A stretch of 32,000 nucleotides of DNA from Candidatus Minimicrobia sp. QA0096 (GTDB lineage: Bacteria > Patescibacteriota > Saccharimonadia > Saccharimonadales > Saccharimonadaceae), in contig NZ_OZ017288.1 of the NCBI RefSeq assembly GCF_963967315.1, positions 657,352 to 689,351 of the forward strand. The letters run 5' to 3'. Below the pieces are notes generated by a model, which saw nothing but the letters and a program-made list of their open reading frames with translations, had not been told where the DNA came from and did not search any database. The position numbers and the translations under genes were made by a program. Shown piece by piece: positions 23,609-30,905 of this stretch (position 1 is the first letter of the stretch; each line of letters begins with the position of its first letter).

Positions 23609-24205
23609 ATGGGCGTTTCTGTTGACGATATTAAAAAATTGCGCGAATTGACCGGCGTAGGCTTGACTGACGCTAAAAAAGCTTTGGTTGAAGCTGAGGG
23701 CGATTTCGATAAAGCTTTGGAAGCTATGCGCAAAAAAGGCTTGACGAAAGCTGAAAAGAAGGGTGATCGTGAAGCCCGTGAAGGTTTGATCGAAAGTTAT
23801 GTTCACTCTGGCCGAATCGGCGTTATCGTTGAGGTGAACTGCGAAACCGACTTCGTGGCTCGACTTGACGACTTTAAGACGTTGGCGCACGAAATTGCTA
23901 TGCAGATTGCAGCGATGAGCCCAAAGTATGTTTCTGAAGCTGACATTCCAGCAGAGGAAATGGAGCGCGTTAAAGCTGAGCTTATGGCGAGCGAATCTTT
24001 GGCAAGCAAGCCTGAAGAAATGCGCGAAAAGATCGTTGAAGGTCAATTGAAGAAGCATTTTGCTGAGCAGGTTCTTATGAGCCAGGCTTACATCTTGGAC
24101 GATTCTAAGACTGTTGAGCAACACATTAAGGAAGCAATTGCTAAATTGGGCGAGAATATTGTTATTCGTCAGTTCAAGCGAATCGAGCTGGGTGTAAGCG
24201 AATAA
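23609..24205 (+). CDS. tsf: Elongation factor Ts (short form)
   Basis: Start placed at ATG 23609 behind AGAGGAG, 1 nt after the rpsB stop. Contains VDDIKKLRELTGVGLTDAKKALVEAEGDFDKALEAMRKKG (UBA-like N-domain) and VEVNCETDFVAR. Confidence 0.95.
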   Translation: MGVSVDDIKKLRELTGVGLTDAKKALVEAEGDFDKALEAMRKKGLTKAEKKGDREAREGLIESYVHSGRIGVIVEVNCETDFVARLDDFKTLAHEIAMQIAAMSPKYVSEADIPAEEMERVKAELMASESLASKPEEMREKIVEGQLKKHFAEQVLMSQAYILDDSKTVEQHIKEAIAKLGENIVIRQFKRIELGVSE

Positions 24206-24234
24206 TTCCTAGTTTAGAAAATTGCTCTGGAAAG

Positions 24235-24265
24235 AAATCGGCTGTAATAATGCGGCCGATTTTTA
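24235..24265. terminator. Bidirectional intrinsic terminator shared by tsf and recF
   Basis: AAATCGGC (24235-24242) pairs with GCCGATTT (24255-24262) with a 12-nt loop. A T-run follows on the plus strand. The element abuts and overlaps the recF stop codon. Confidence 0.6.
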
Positions 24266-25315
24266 TTGTGTGGAAATTATTGAGCAGCCGTCTTTTTGGT
24301 GGCGCGCATCTGTCGTGGTGACGATAAATTGGTGATTTTGGATGGTTTCTTGGAGGAGTTTTTCGCGAGTGGCGTCTAGCTCCGAGAAAACGTCATCCAG
24401 TAGAATTAGCGGTCGAGATTGACTAATTTCTGTCTGCATTTCAAGCTCTAATAATTTGAACGCCAGCATAATTGTGCGCATTTCGCCACGTGAAGCAACT
24501 TTAATAGCGGGCTGATCATGGAGGAAAATTGTGAAATCTTCACGGTGTGGGCCAGCCGAAGTAAATCCTGTGACTATTTCATATTCGCGGGATTTTCCTA
24601 AGCGATTAAGTAGGGCTTGGTCGTAATTTTCCAGAGGTACAATAGCTCCATATTCGATGGATAATTGTGTGTCTTTTCCCGCCAAAGATTCGTATAAATT
24701 TTTTATGCGGGGCTCGTTTATCTGGAGAAATTTGGCTCGTTTTTGGGCAATGTTGGTCGCGTATTGGACAAATTTTATGTCCCAAGCAAACAGATTGTCA
24801 CGCCAAATTGATGAGTCTTCTTGGTGGGATTTTAAGAGTTCGTTGCGCTGTAAAAGAGTGCGATTGAAAGCTCTTAAATCCGTGTCGTATTTGGGGTCAA
24901 GTCGGGCAATTAAGCCATCCAGAAAGTCGCGTCGTCGGGACGGTGAGGAGGAAATTAATCTTAGTTCGCTTGGCTCAAACAAAACGACAGGCAGACGATT
25001 TTTCCTGGTTAAAGCCTTTGATTTATTGTCATTGATGATGAATTCTTTGTTGATTTTTCCGGAAATTGAATCAAGCTTAATACGTCGCTCGCCGAAATCG
25101 CCCTCCAGGTGAATAATTGTTTGCGGAGCATTCAGCGTCATACAATCGCTAAGGCTACCTCGAAAACTACTGCCGCGTAGAGCTACGTAAACCGCTTCAA
25201 GCAGATTTGTTTTTCCTGTGCCGTTTGGCCCAACAATTACCGTCCCAGAATTACTAAAAGCCGCTTCGTGCAGATGATAAGACCGGAAATTGTATAGCTT
25301 AATCTTAGAAATCAC
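24263..25315 (-). CDS. recF: DNA replication and repair protein RecF
   Basis: Start placed at GTG 25315 (VISKIKLYNFRSY..., the canonical RecF N-terminus). Contains Walker A GPNGTGKTNLLEA, the signature region GEMRTIMLAFKL and Walker B ILLDDVFSELD. The longer tracked ORF overlaps the frr start. TATAAT (25327-25322) lies 6 nt upstream of the GTG. Confidence 0.9.
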   Translation of the reverse strand: MISKIKLYNFRSYHLHEAAFSNSGTVIVGPNGTGKTNLLEAVYVALRGSSFRGSLSDCMTLNAPQTIIHLEGDFGERRIKLDSISGKINKEFIINDNKSKALTRKNRLPVVLFEPSELRLISSSPSRRRDFLDGLIARLDPKYDTDLRAFNRTLLQRNELLKSHQEDSSIWRDNLFAWDIKFVQYATNIAQKRAKFLQINEPRIKNLYESLAGKDTQLSIEYGAIVPLENYDQALLNRLGKSREYEIVTGFTSAGPHREDFTIFLHDQPAIKVASRGEMRTIMLAFKLLELEMQTEISQSRPLILLDDVFSELDATREKLLQETIQNHQFIVTTTDARHQKDGCSIISTQ

Positions 25316-25405
25316 TCTGTTATTATAGCACGGGGCGTAAGGCAAAATTAGCAGACAAGACGCCCGAAGTTTGATATAATAACGGATAGATAAATTGGAG
25401 GAAAT

Positions 25406-25960
25406 ATGTTCGACACAAACCCTTATGAAGAAAAAATGAATGCAGCGTTTAGCTTTTTTCAAGATGAATTGAAGAAGGTGCGAACGGGCAGGGCGCACGC
25501 TGGAATGCTTGATGGAATTATGGTTGAGGCTTACGGCACGAAAATGCCGCTTAATCAGGTTGCAAACGTAACCGCTCCAGAGGCACAAATGTTGTTAGTT
25601 ACGCCATTTGACCCGAGTAATATTACAGCAATTTCTTCTGCAATTCGCGACAATCAAAGTCTAGGTTTTAATCCGTCTGACGATGGGCGAGTGGTTCGCG
25701 TTCCAGTTCCAGCTTTGACCGAAGAGCGCCGCCACCAACTGGTGAAACAGGTCAGCGAGAAGGTTGAGGAGGCTCGAATTGCGATGCGAAATATTCGTCA
25801 GGATGCCCTTAAGGACGCTAAGCGAATGAAGGACAATAAAGAGCTGAGCGAAGACGATTTGAAGCGTGTAGAGAAAGAAATTGACGGCTTAATGAGTAAG
25901 ATGCAAACGCAAATTGACGAGGCGTTTAAGGCGAAAGAAAAGGACGTCTTGACTGTTTAA
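25406..25960 (+). CDS. frr: Ribosome recycling factor
   Basis: Contains LKKVRTGRAHAGMLDGIMVEAYGTKMPLNQVANVTAPEAQMLLVTPFD, NPSDDGRVVRVPVPALTEERR and RNIRQDA. SD GGAGG lies upstream. Confidence 0.96.
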   Translation: MFDTNPYEEKMNAAFSFFQDELKKVRTGRAHAGMLDGIMVEAYGTKMPLNQVANVTAPEAQMLLVTPFDPSNITAISSAIRDNQSLGFNPSDDGRVVRVPVPALTEERRHQLVKQVSEKVEEARIAMRNIRQDALKDAKRMKDNKELSEDDLKRVEKEIDGLMSKMQTQIDEAFKAKEKDVLTV

Positions 25961-26379
25961 TGAGCGAAACTTTTGCCGATAAAGTGAAGGCGTTGAATTT
26001 GCCGTTGGATCAAATTATTGTTATTGGTAGCGGGATTTTGGATCAATTGGGGATTCGTCCAGCTAGTGATATTGATCTTGCGGCGAGTTCTGATTTGATG
26101 AAAAAGCTCTCTGAGGAAAGTGGTGATTGGCTTAAAAAGTTTGATGACAATCAGCGTTTTTATTTTGTAAAAGATGACGGTTCGGCTGAAGTCTGGGACG
26201 GCTGGGAGTTTGATGGGCAGGCTGTTAGTTATGATGATTTGCTTGATTATGCGGTGAAATATGATGGCGTGAGGTTTGTTGATTTGGAATTTCTGCGCAA
26301 ATGGAAGAGCTGGCGTGGACGTGAAAAAGACGTACGAGATGTTGAGCTAATTGATGAATGGAGGGCGAATAATGAGTGA
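25960..26379 (+). CDS. Minimal nucleotidyltransferase-fold (Pol-beta superfamily-like) protein, 139 aa
   Basis: IVIGSGILDQLGIRPASDIDLAA fits the G[SG]-x(9-13)-D.D NTase motif. The C-terminal FLRKWKSWRGREKDVRDVELI resembles the K..gR.KD..D tail of small stand-alone NTases. The start overlaps the frr stop (TAATG) and the 3' end overlaps the uppS start by 8 nt. Confidence 0.5.
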   Translation: MSETFADKVKALNLPLDQIIVIGSGILDQLGIRPASDIDLAASSDLMKKLSEESGDWLKKFDDNQRFYFVKDDGSAEVWDGWEFDGQAVSYDDLLDYAVKYDGVRFVDLEFLRKWKSWRGREKDVRDVELIDEWRANNE

Positions 26380-27067
26380 AGATGCTAATTTGCCGAGGCA
26401 CATCGGGTTTATTGTTGATGGAAATCGGCGGTGGGCAAAACAGCATGGCTTGCCGACATACGAAGGACATCTGGCGGGCTATAACGCGCTAAAAGACGTG
26501 GCATTGGAGGTTCTTCATCGAGGTGTGAAATATGCGAGTGCTTACGTTTTTAGTACGGAAAACTGGAAGCGGTCAGAGGAAGAGGTCCGACATTTGATGA
26601 AATTACTATTGAACATACTGAAGGCTGATCTTCCGATATTTATTGAAAACGAGGTTCGCTTGAGGGTTGTTGGGTCCAGGGAAGGCTTGTCGGATCAATT
26701 GATCAAAGCGATTGACGAGGCTGAGAAAAAGACCGCCGATCTGAAAAATGGAGAACTGGTCTTATGCTTGAACTATGGCGGACATTTGGAAATTGCTGAT
26801 GCGGTTAAAAAAATTGTTCAATCTGGAGTTTCTGCTGAGGAAATTACGCCCGAGTTGATTGCTCAAAATATATATGCGCCAGAGGTGCCGCCGTGTGATT
26901 TGATTGTCAGAACTTCTAGCGAACAGCGGCTCAGTAACTTTATGTTGTGGCGATCGGCGTACAGTGAGTTGATGTTTGTTGAGAAAAATTGGCCAGACAT
27001 GACGGTGGAAGACGTGTCGGTGATTTTAGAGGAATATGCTAATCGGAATAGGCGGTTTGGAAAATGA
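26372..27067 (+). CDS. uppS: Undecaprenyl (isoprenyl) diphosphate synthase
   Basis: Start placed at ATG 26372, 7 nt after GGAGG. Contains LPRHIGFIVDGNRRWA, YVFSTENWKRS and RTSSEQRLSNFMLWRSAYSEL. Confidence 0.93.
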   Translation: MSEDANLPRHIGFIVDGNRRWAKQHGLPTYEGHLAGYNALKDVALEVLHRGVKYASAYVFSTENWKRSEEEVRHLMKLLLNILKADLPIFIENEVRLRVVGSREGLSDQLIKAIDEAEKKTADLKNGELVLCLNYGGHLEIADAVKKIVQSGVSAEEITPELIAQNIYAPEVPPCDLIVRTSSEQRLSNFMLWRSAYSELMFVEKNWPDMTVEDVSVILEEYANRNRRFGK

Positions 27068-28224
27068 TTATTTGGGGAGTACTTTTAGGGCTATTTGTTC
27101 TCATTTTATTGGTGGTTTTGCATGAATTAGGTCATGCTATTGTCGCCAAGAGAAACGGCGTCAAGGTTGAGGAATTTGGAGTTGGATTTCCGCCTGCCGC
27201 AAAAAAATGGAAAGTAAAGCGAAGTTTCTTGGGTGAAAACGTAACGTTTAGTCTGAATTGGCTGCCGCTTGGTGGATTTGTTAGGTTGAAAGGTGAATAC
27301 GATTCTGCAAAAGGCGAGGGCACATATGGCGGTTCGACGTTTTGGGTGAAGACGAAAATCTTGCTGGCTGGCGTCGTGATGAACTGGATAACTGCGATTG
27401 TTTTGTTCACAATTCTTGCGATAATTGGCATGCCGAAAATCCTGTCGAACCAAGTTCAATTGCCGTTTGATACAGAGGTTAGGCGTTCGCCAGTAGCGAT
27501 AGTGAAAATCACCCCGAATTCTCCAGCGGATAAAATTGGACTTAAGGTTAATGACGAACTTATTAAGATAAATGGTCAGCCGCTTACGGAGGCGGAAAAA
27601 TTGCCAATTATAACTAAGCAAAGTTCTGGCAAGAAAGTCAGGGTTGAATATAGGCGTGACGGCAAAGAGTCATCTGTTGACGTCCAGTTGAATGATGAAA
27701 AGTCCGCGAAGGGAAGTGGATATTTGGGTGTTATTCCGGGACAGACGGAGAAAATGTATAGCACGTGGTCAGCTCCCATAGTGGGCGTGGCGACCACTGG
27801 GCAATTATCATATGAGACTCTGAAGGGTGTTGGCGTATTGTTGGCGAAGACGGCTCATGGATTAGTTGGACAAATATTTGGGTCTAACGAATCAAAGGAA
27901 TCGGCTCGTGCGGATTTGGCATCTGTTGGGCAGAGTGTAGCAGGACCAATTGGCATACTGGGTGTATTATTCCCGTCAGTTGTCAGTTCTGGAATTGAGC
28001 AAATCATTTTCGTAGCGGCGTTAATTTCACTGACGCTGGCGGTGATGAACATTTTACCAATTCCAGCGCTTGACGGCGGTCGCTGGTTCACGATGACAAT
28101 TTTCCGCTTATTTAAGAAAGATTTAACGAAAGAGCGCGAGGAAAATATTCAGGCAACCGGTATGCTAATTCTATTAATCTTAACAATTTTGGTGACGATC
28201 AGTGATGTTGGAAAACTCTTCTAA
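27064..28224 (+). CDS. rseP: RIP site-2 metalloprotease RseP/M50 family with one PDZ domain
   Basis: ATGA overlap with uppS. Contains HELGHAIVAK (HExxH), a PDZ-like segment (ITPNSPADKIGLKVNDELIKINGQPL) and NILPIPALDGG (the LDG motif). Confidence 0.9.
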   Translation: MIIWGVLLGLFVLILLVVLHELGHAIVAKRNGVKVEEFGVGFPPAAKKWKVKRSFLGENVTFSLNWLPLGGFVRLKGEYDSAKGEGTYGGSTFWVKTKILLAGVVMNWITAIVLFTILAIIGMPKILSNQVQLPFDTEVRRSPVAIVKITPNSPADKIGLKVNDELIKINGQPLTEAEKLPIITKQSSGKKVRVEYRRDGKESSVDVQLNDEKSAKGSGYLGVIPGQTEKMYSTWSAPIVGVATTGQLSYETLKGVGVLLAKTAHGLVGQIFGSNESKESARADLASVGQSVAGPIGILGVLFPSVVSSGIEQIIFVAALISLTLAVMNILPIPALDGGRWFTMTIFRLFKKDLTKEREENIQATGMLILLILTILVTISDVGKLF

Positions 28225-29011
28225 GAAATTAAAAAACCGCAAATGGTGGCTGATTTTGGCGCTCCCAGCTTGGGTTTATGGCGTATTTTTGGCGGTGGAA
28301 GTTGTTGCTTCATTGGCGGTCAGCGCTTTGATAAAAACTGGTGTACCGCTCAATTCTGTGAATCCAGTTATTTTTAACACGGTGCTTTCGGTTGTCGTAT
28401 ATATTTTGTCGCTAATTGTCGTGATTTCTGTGCCGTTTTTGGTTAAGAAGCGCCGAACAACTTTGGGCAATTTGGGCGTGAATGACTGGCCAACATTTTT
28501 GGAAATATTTATTTCTCCGTTTGCTTTTGTGGCTTACTTTTTACTAACAATGGTCGCGATGAGCATCGCCAGTGGTGTTTTCTCGGTGGATATGCAGCAA
28601 AAGCAGGTCATGCCGTTCAGTCAGAGTATGCTGGCGACTCATTGGCAATTTATCATGGCGTTTGTTGTGCTGGTGGTGCTGGCGCCGATTGTTGAGGAAC
28701 TTTTGTATCGCGGATATCTTTACGGCAAGTTGCGCAATTCTTTCTCGATTTGGTCATCAATTATCGTAACAAGCATAGCGTTTGGCGCGGCACATCTTTG
28801 GGTTGGTCCGGATTCGCCATTGCAATGGGCGGTGGCAGTTGATACACTTACTTTAAGCTTGGTGATGTGCGCAACTAGGGAATATACTGGCGCAATTTGG
28901 GTGCCTATTATGATGCATATGATGAAAAACGGAATAGCTTTTTATTTCTTGTTTATCAATACGGGCGCAATTAATCAGACAGAATCGTTATTGCCATTTA
29001 TATTTATGTAA
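28205..29011 (+). CDS. CPBP (CAAX protease/bacteriocin-processing) family intramembrane metalloprotease
   Basis: Contains EELLYRGYL, FGAAHL and HMMKNG, the three CPBP motifs (EE..R, F...H, H...N), in a polytopic protein. The gene overlaps the rseP 3' end by about 20 nt. Confidence 0.8.
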   Translation: MLENSSKKLKNRKWWLILALPAWVYGVFLAVEVVASLAVSALIKTGVPLNSVNPVIFNTVLSVVVYILSLIVVISVPFLVKKRRTTLGNLGVNDWPTFLEIFISPFAFVAYFLLTMVAMSIASGVFSVDMQQKQVMPFSQSMLATHWQFIMAFVVLVVLAPIVEELLYRGYLYGKLRNSFSIWSSIIVTSIAFGAAHLWVGPDSPLQWAVAVDTLTLSLVMCATREYTGAIWVPIMMHMMKNGIAFYFLFINTGAINQTESLLPFIFM

Positions 29012-29023
29012 AGGAGAAAAGAT

Positions 29024-30271
29024 ATGCGAATGACACAACTTTTTACTAGAACTTTGAAGCAGGCGCCAGCTGGCGAGGTTGCGCGAAATGCTCAGCTTTT
29101 GATTCGTGCTGGCTACGTACATAAAACGATGGCGGGTGTGTATTCGTTTTTACCGTTGGGTTTGAGAGTTCTTGAGAATATCAAGCAAATTGTTCGTGAG
29201 GAAATGGACAAGGTTAATAGCCAGGAATTGGTGATGAGTACTTTGCAGCGAAAGGAATTGTGGGAAGAAACTGGTCGCTGGAGTGATGAATTGGTCGACG
29301 TTTGGTTTAAATCTAAGTTGCAAGACGGCACGGACATTGGCTTTGGTTGGACGCACGAGGAGCCGATTGTTGATCTTCTTCGTAATTACTTAAAGAGCTA
29401 CAAAGATTTGCCAATTAGCGTTTATCAATTCCAGAACAAATTGCGAAACGAACTTCGCGCTAAGAGTGGAATTATGCGTGGTCGTGAATTTGTGATGAAG
29501 GATATGTATTCGATTCACGATAGCAAGGAGAGTCTAGATAGTTACTACAATTCAGTTATTGAGGCGTATAAGCGTTGTTATGACCGATTTGGAATTGGCG
29601 ATGAAACGTATGTAACATTTGCTTCTGGTGGCGCTTTCACGAAGTTTAGTCATGAATTTCAGACGATTTGCGAGGCTGGTGAGGATTATATTTATTTGCA
29701 TCGTGGTAAAAATATCGCTGTTAATGAAGAAATTTTGGACGAGGCAATTGAGGAACTCGGCGTTGATCGTAGTGAGTTGGAAAAGGTGAAAACTGCCGAA
29801 GTTGGCAATATCTTTAATTTCGGAACGCAGAAATCCGAAGAAATGAAGTTGGTATTTACTGACGCCGAAGGTAAAGAACAATACGCTTATATGGGAAGTT
29901 ATGGCATTGGAATTACGCGAGTTATGGGCGTGATTGTTGAGAAGTTCGCTGATGATAAAGGTTTGGTCTGGCCAGAAAATGTTGCGCCGTTTAAGGTTCA
30001 TATTGTTGCAATTGGTGAAAAAGGACAGGAATTGGCGGGCAAGTTTTATGACGAGCTAGCTAATAGCGGCGTCGATGCGCTGCTTGATGATCGTGATGAG
30101 CGTCCAGGCGTGAAATTTGCTGATGCTGAGCTCATGGGTTTGCCGTGGCGGATAACGATTGGCGATCGAGCGATTGACGGTGATGGCTTGTTTGAATTGA
30201 CGGAACGAGCAACTGGCGAAACGCGAAAAATGGATTATCAACAATTGATGGATTTTTGCCTTAGTCGGTAG
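29024..30271 (+). CDS. proS: Proline--tRNA ligase, bacterial-type N-terminus but lacking the INS editing domain
   Basis: MRMTQLFTRTLKQAPAGEVARNAQLLIRAGYV... is collinear with E. coli ProRS. Motif 2 is RGREFVMKDMYSIH and motif 3 is GSYGIGITRVMG. Only about 25 aa separate GEDYIYL from EVGNIFNFGTQ, where bacterial ProRS carries an editing insertion of about 180 aa. Confidence 0.93.
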   Translation: MRMTQLFTRTLKQAPAGEVARNAQLLIRAGYVHKTMAGVYSFLPLGLRVLENIKQIVREEMDKVNSQELVMSTLQRKELWEETGRWSDELVDVWFKSKLQDGTDIGFGWTHEEPIVDLLRNYLKSYKDLPISVYQFQNKLRNELRAKSGIMRGREFVMKDMYSIHDSKESLDSYYNSVIEAYKRCYDRFGIGDETYVTFASGGAFTKFSHEFQTICEAGEDYIYLHRGKNIAVNEEILDEAIEELGVDRSELEKVKTAEVGNIFNFGTQKSEEMKLVFTDAEGKEQYAYMGSYGIGITRVMGVIVEKFADDKGLVWPENVAPFKVHIVAIGEKGQELAGKFYDELANSGVDALLDDRDERPGVKFADAELMGLPWRITIGDRAIDGDGLFELTERATGETRKMDYQQLMDFCLSR

Positions 30272-30282
30272 GGCTGATTATG

Positions 30283-30311
30283 TTGACATAATAAATAGCG
30301 ATTGATATACT
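30283..30311 (+). promoter_or_regulatory. Candidate promoter TTGACA-17-TATACT for greA
   Basis: TTGACA at 30283-30288, a 17-nt spacer, and TATACT at 30306-30311. A leader of about 85 nt follows before SD GAGGAGGAG. Confidence 0.55.
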
Positions 30312-30403
30312 CAGATAGACTTAATCAAGACTAACTAAAAACACTATATTTAGTGTAGATCGTAGGGCTAATACCACTACATACAGTAGAGGAGGAGATT
30401 TTT

Positions 30404-30859
30404 ATGAAAAAAACTTATCAAATTACAGAATCTGGTAAAGCTGATTTAGAAAAAGAATTGGCAGAGTTGAAAGGCCGACGTGGTGAAATTGCTGAAAAAA
30501 TTGCGGCAGCGCGAGACTTTGGCGATTTGAGTGAAAACGCGGAATATGACGCTGCACGCGAAGAGCAAGGCTTGGTGGAAACGCGAATTTTGGAAATTGA
30601 AGATATTCTGCAGAACGCCGAAATTATTAAATCCAGCGGCAGCTCAAGTGTTGGTTTGGGTAGTACAGTTGAATTGCAATGTCCAGAGAAAACTGTGACT
30701 TATACGGTTGTCGGTCCAGTTGAGGCCGATCCATTGGCTGGACGAATCTCAGATCAGTCGCCAATTGGTAAAGAATTGATTGGTAAGAAAATCGGCGATG
30801 AAGTTACAATTAAAACTCCAAAAGCCGAAATTACTTACATTATTAAGTCGATATCTTAA
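30404..30859 (+). CDS. greA: Transcription elongation factor GreA
   Basis: Contains LEKELAELKGRRGEIAEKIAAARDFGDLSENAEYDAAREEQ (the coiled-coil with the acidic tip DLSENAEYD). The C-terminal globular domain includes ISDQSPIGKELIGKKIGDEV. Confidence 0.95.
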   Translation: MKKTYQITESGKADLEKELAELKGRRGEIAEKIAAARDFGDLSENAEYDAAREEQGLVETRILEIEDILQNAEIIKSSGSSSVGLGSTVELQCPEKTVTYTVVGPVEADPLAGRISDQSPIGKELIGKKIGDEVTIKTPKAEITYIIKSIS

Positions 30860-30905
30860 GTCTGGCGGGATTTACCGCGTATAATGTGCTATAATTATCT
30901 CTGTT

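Noticed and set aside
25316-25588. A 91-codon N-terminal extension of the recF ORF that overlaps the frr start.
   Set aside because: The canonical RecF N-terminus (ISKIKLYNFRSY) begins at GTG 25315, just after a TATAAT box. The extension has no homology pattern and would overlap frr and its SD.
30312-30403. Small hairpins in the roughly 85-nt greA leader (ACACTA/TAGTGT, CTAC/GTAG), considered as a regulatory RNA.
   Set aside because: The stems are only 4-6 bp, there is no conserved motif I recognise, and the structure is not stronger than expected by chance in AT-rich sequence.
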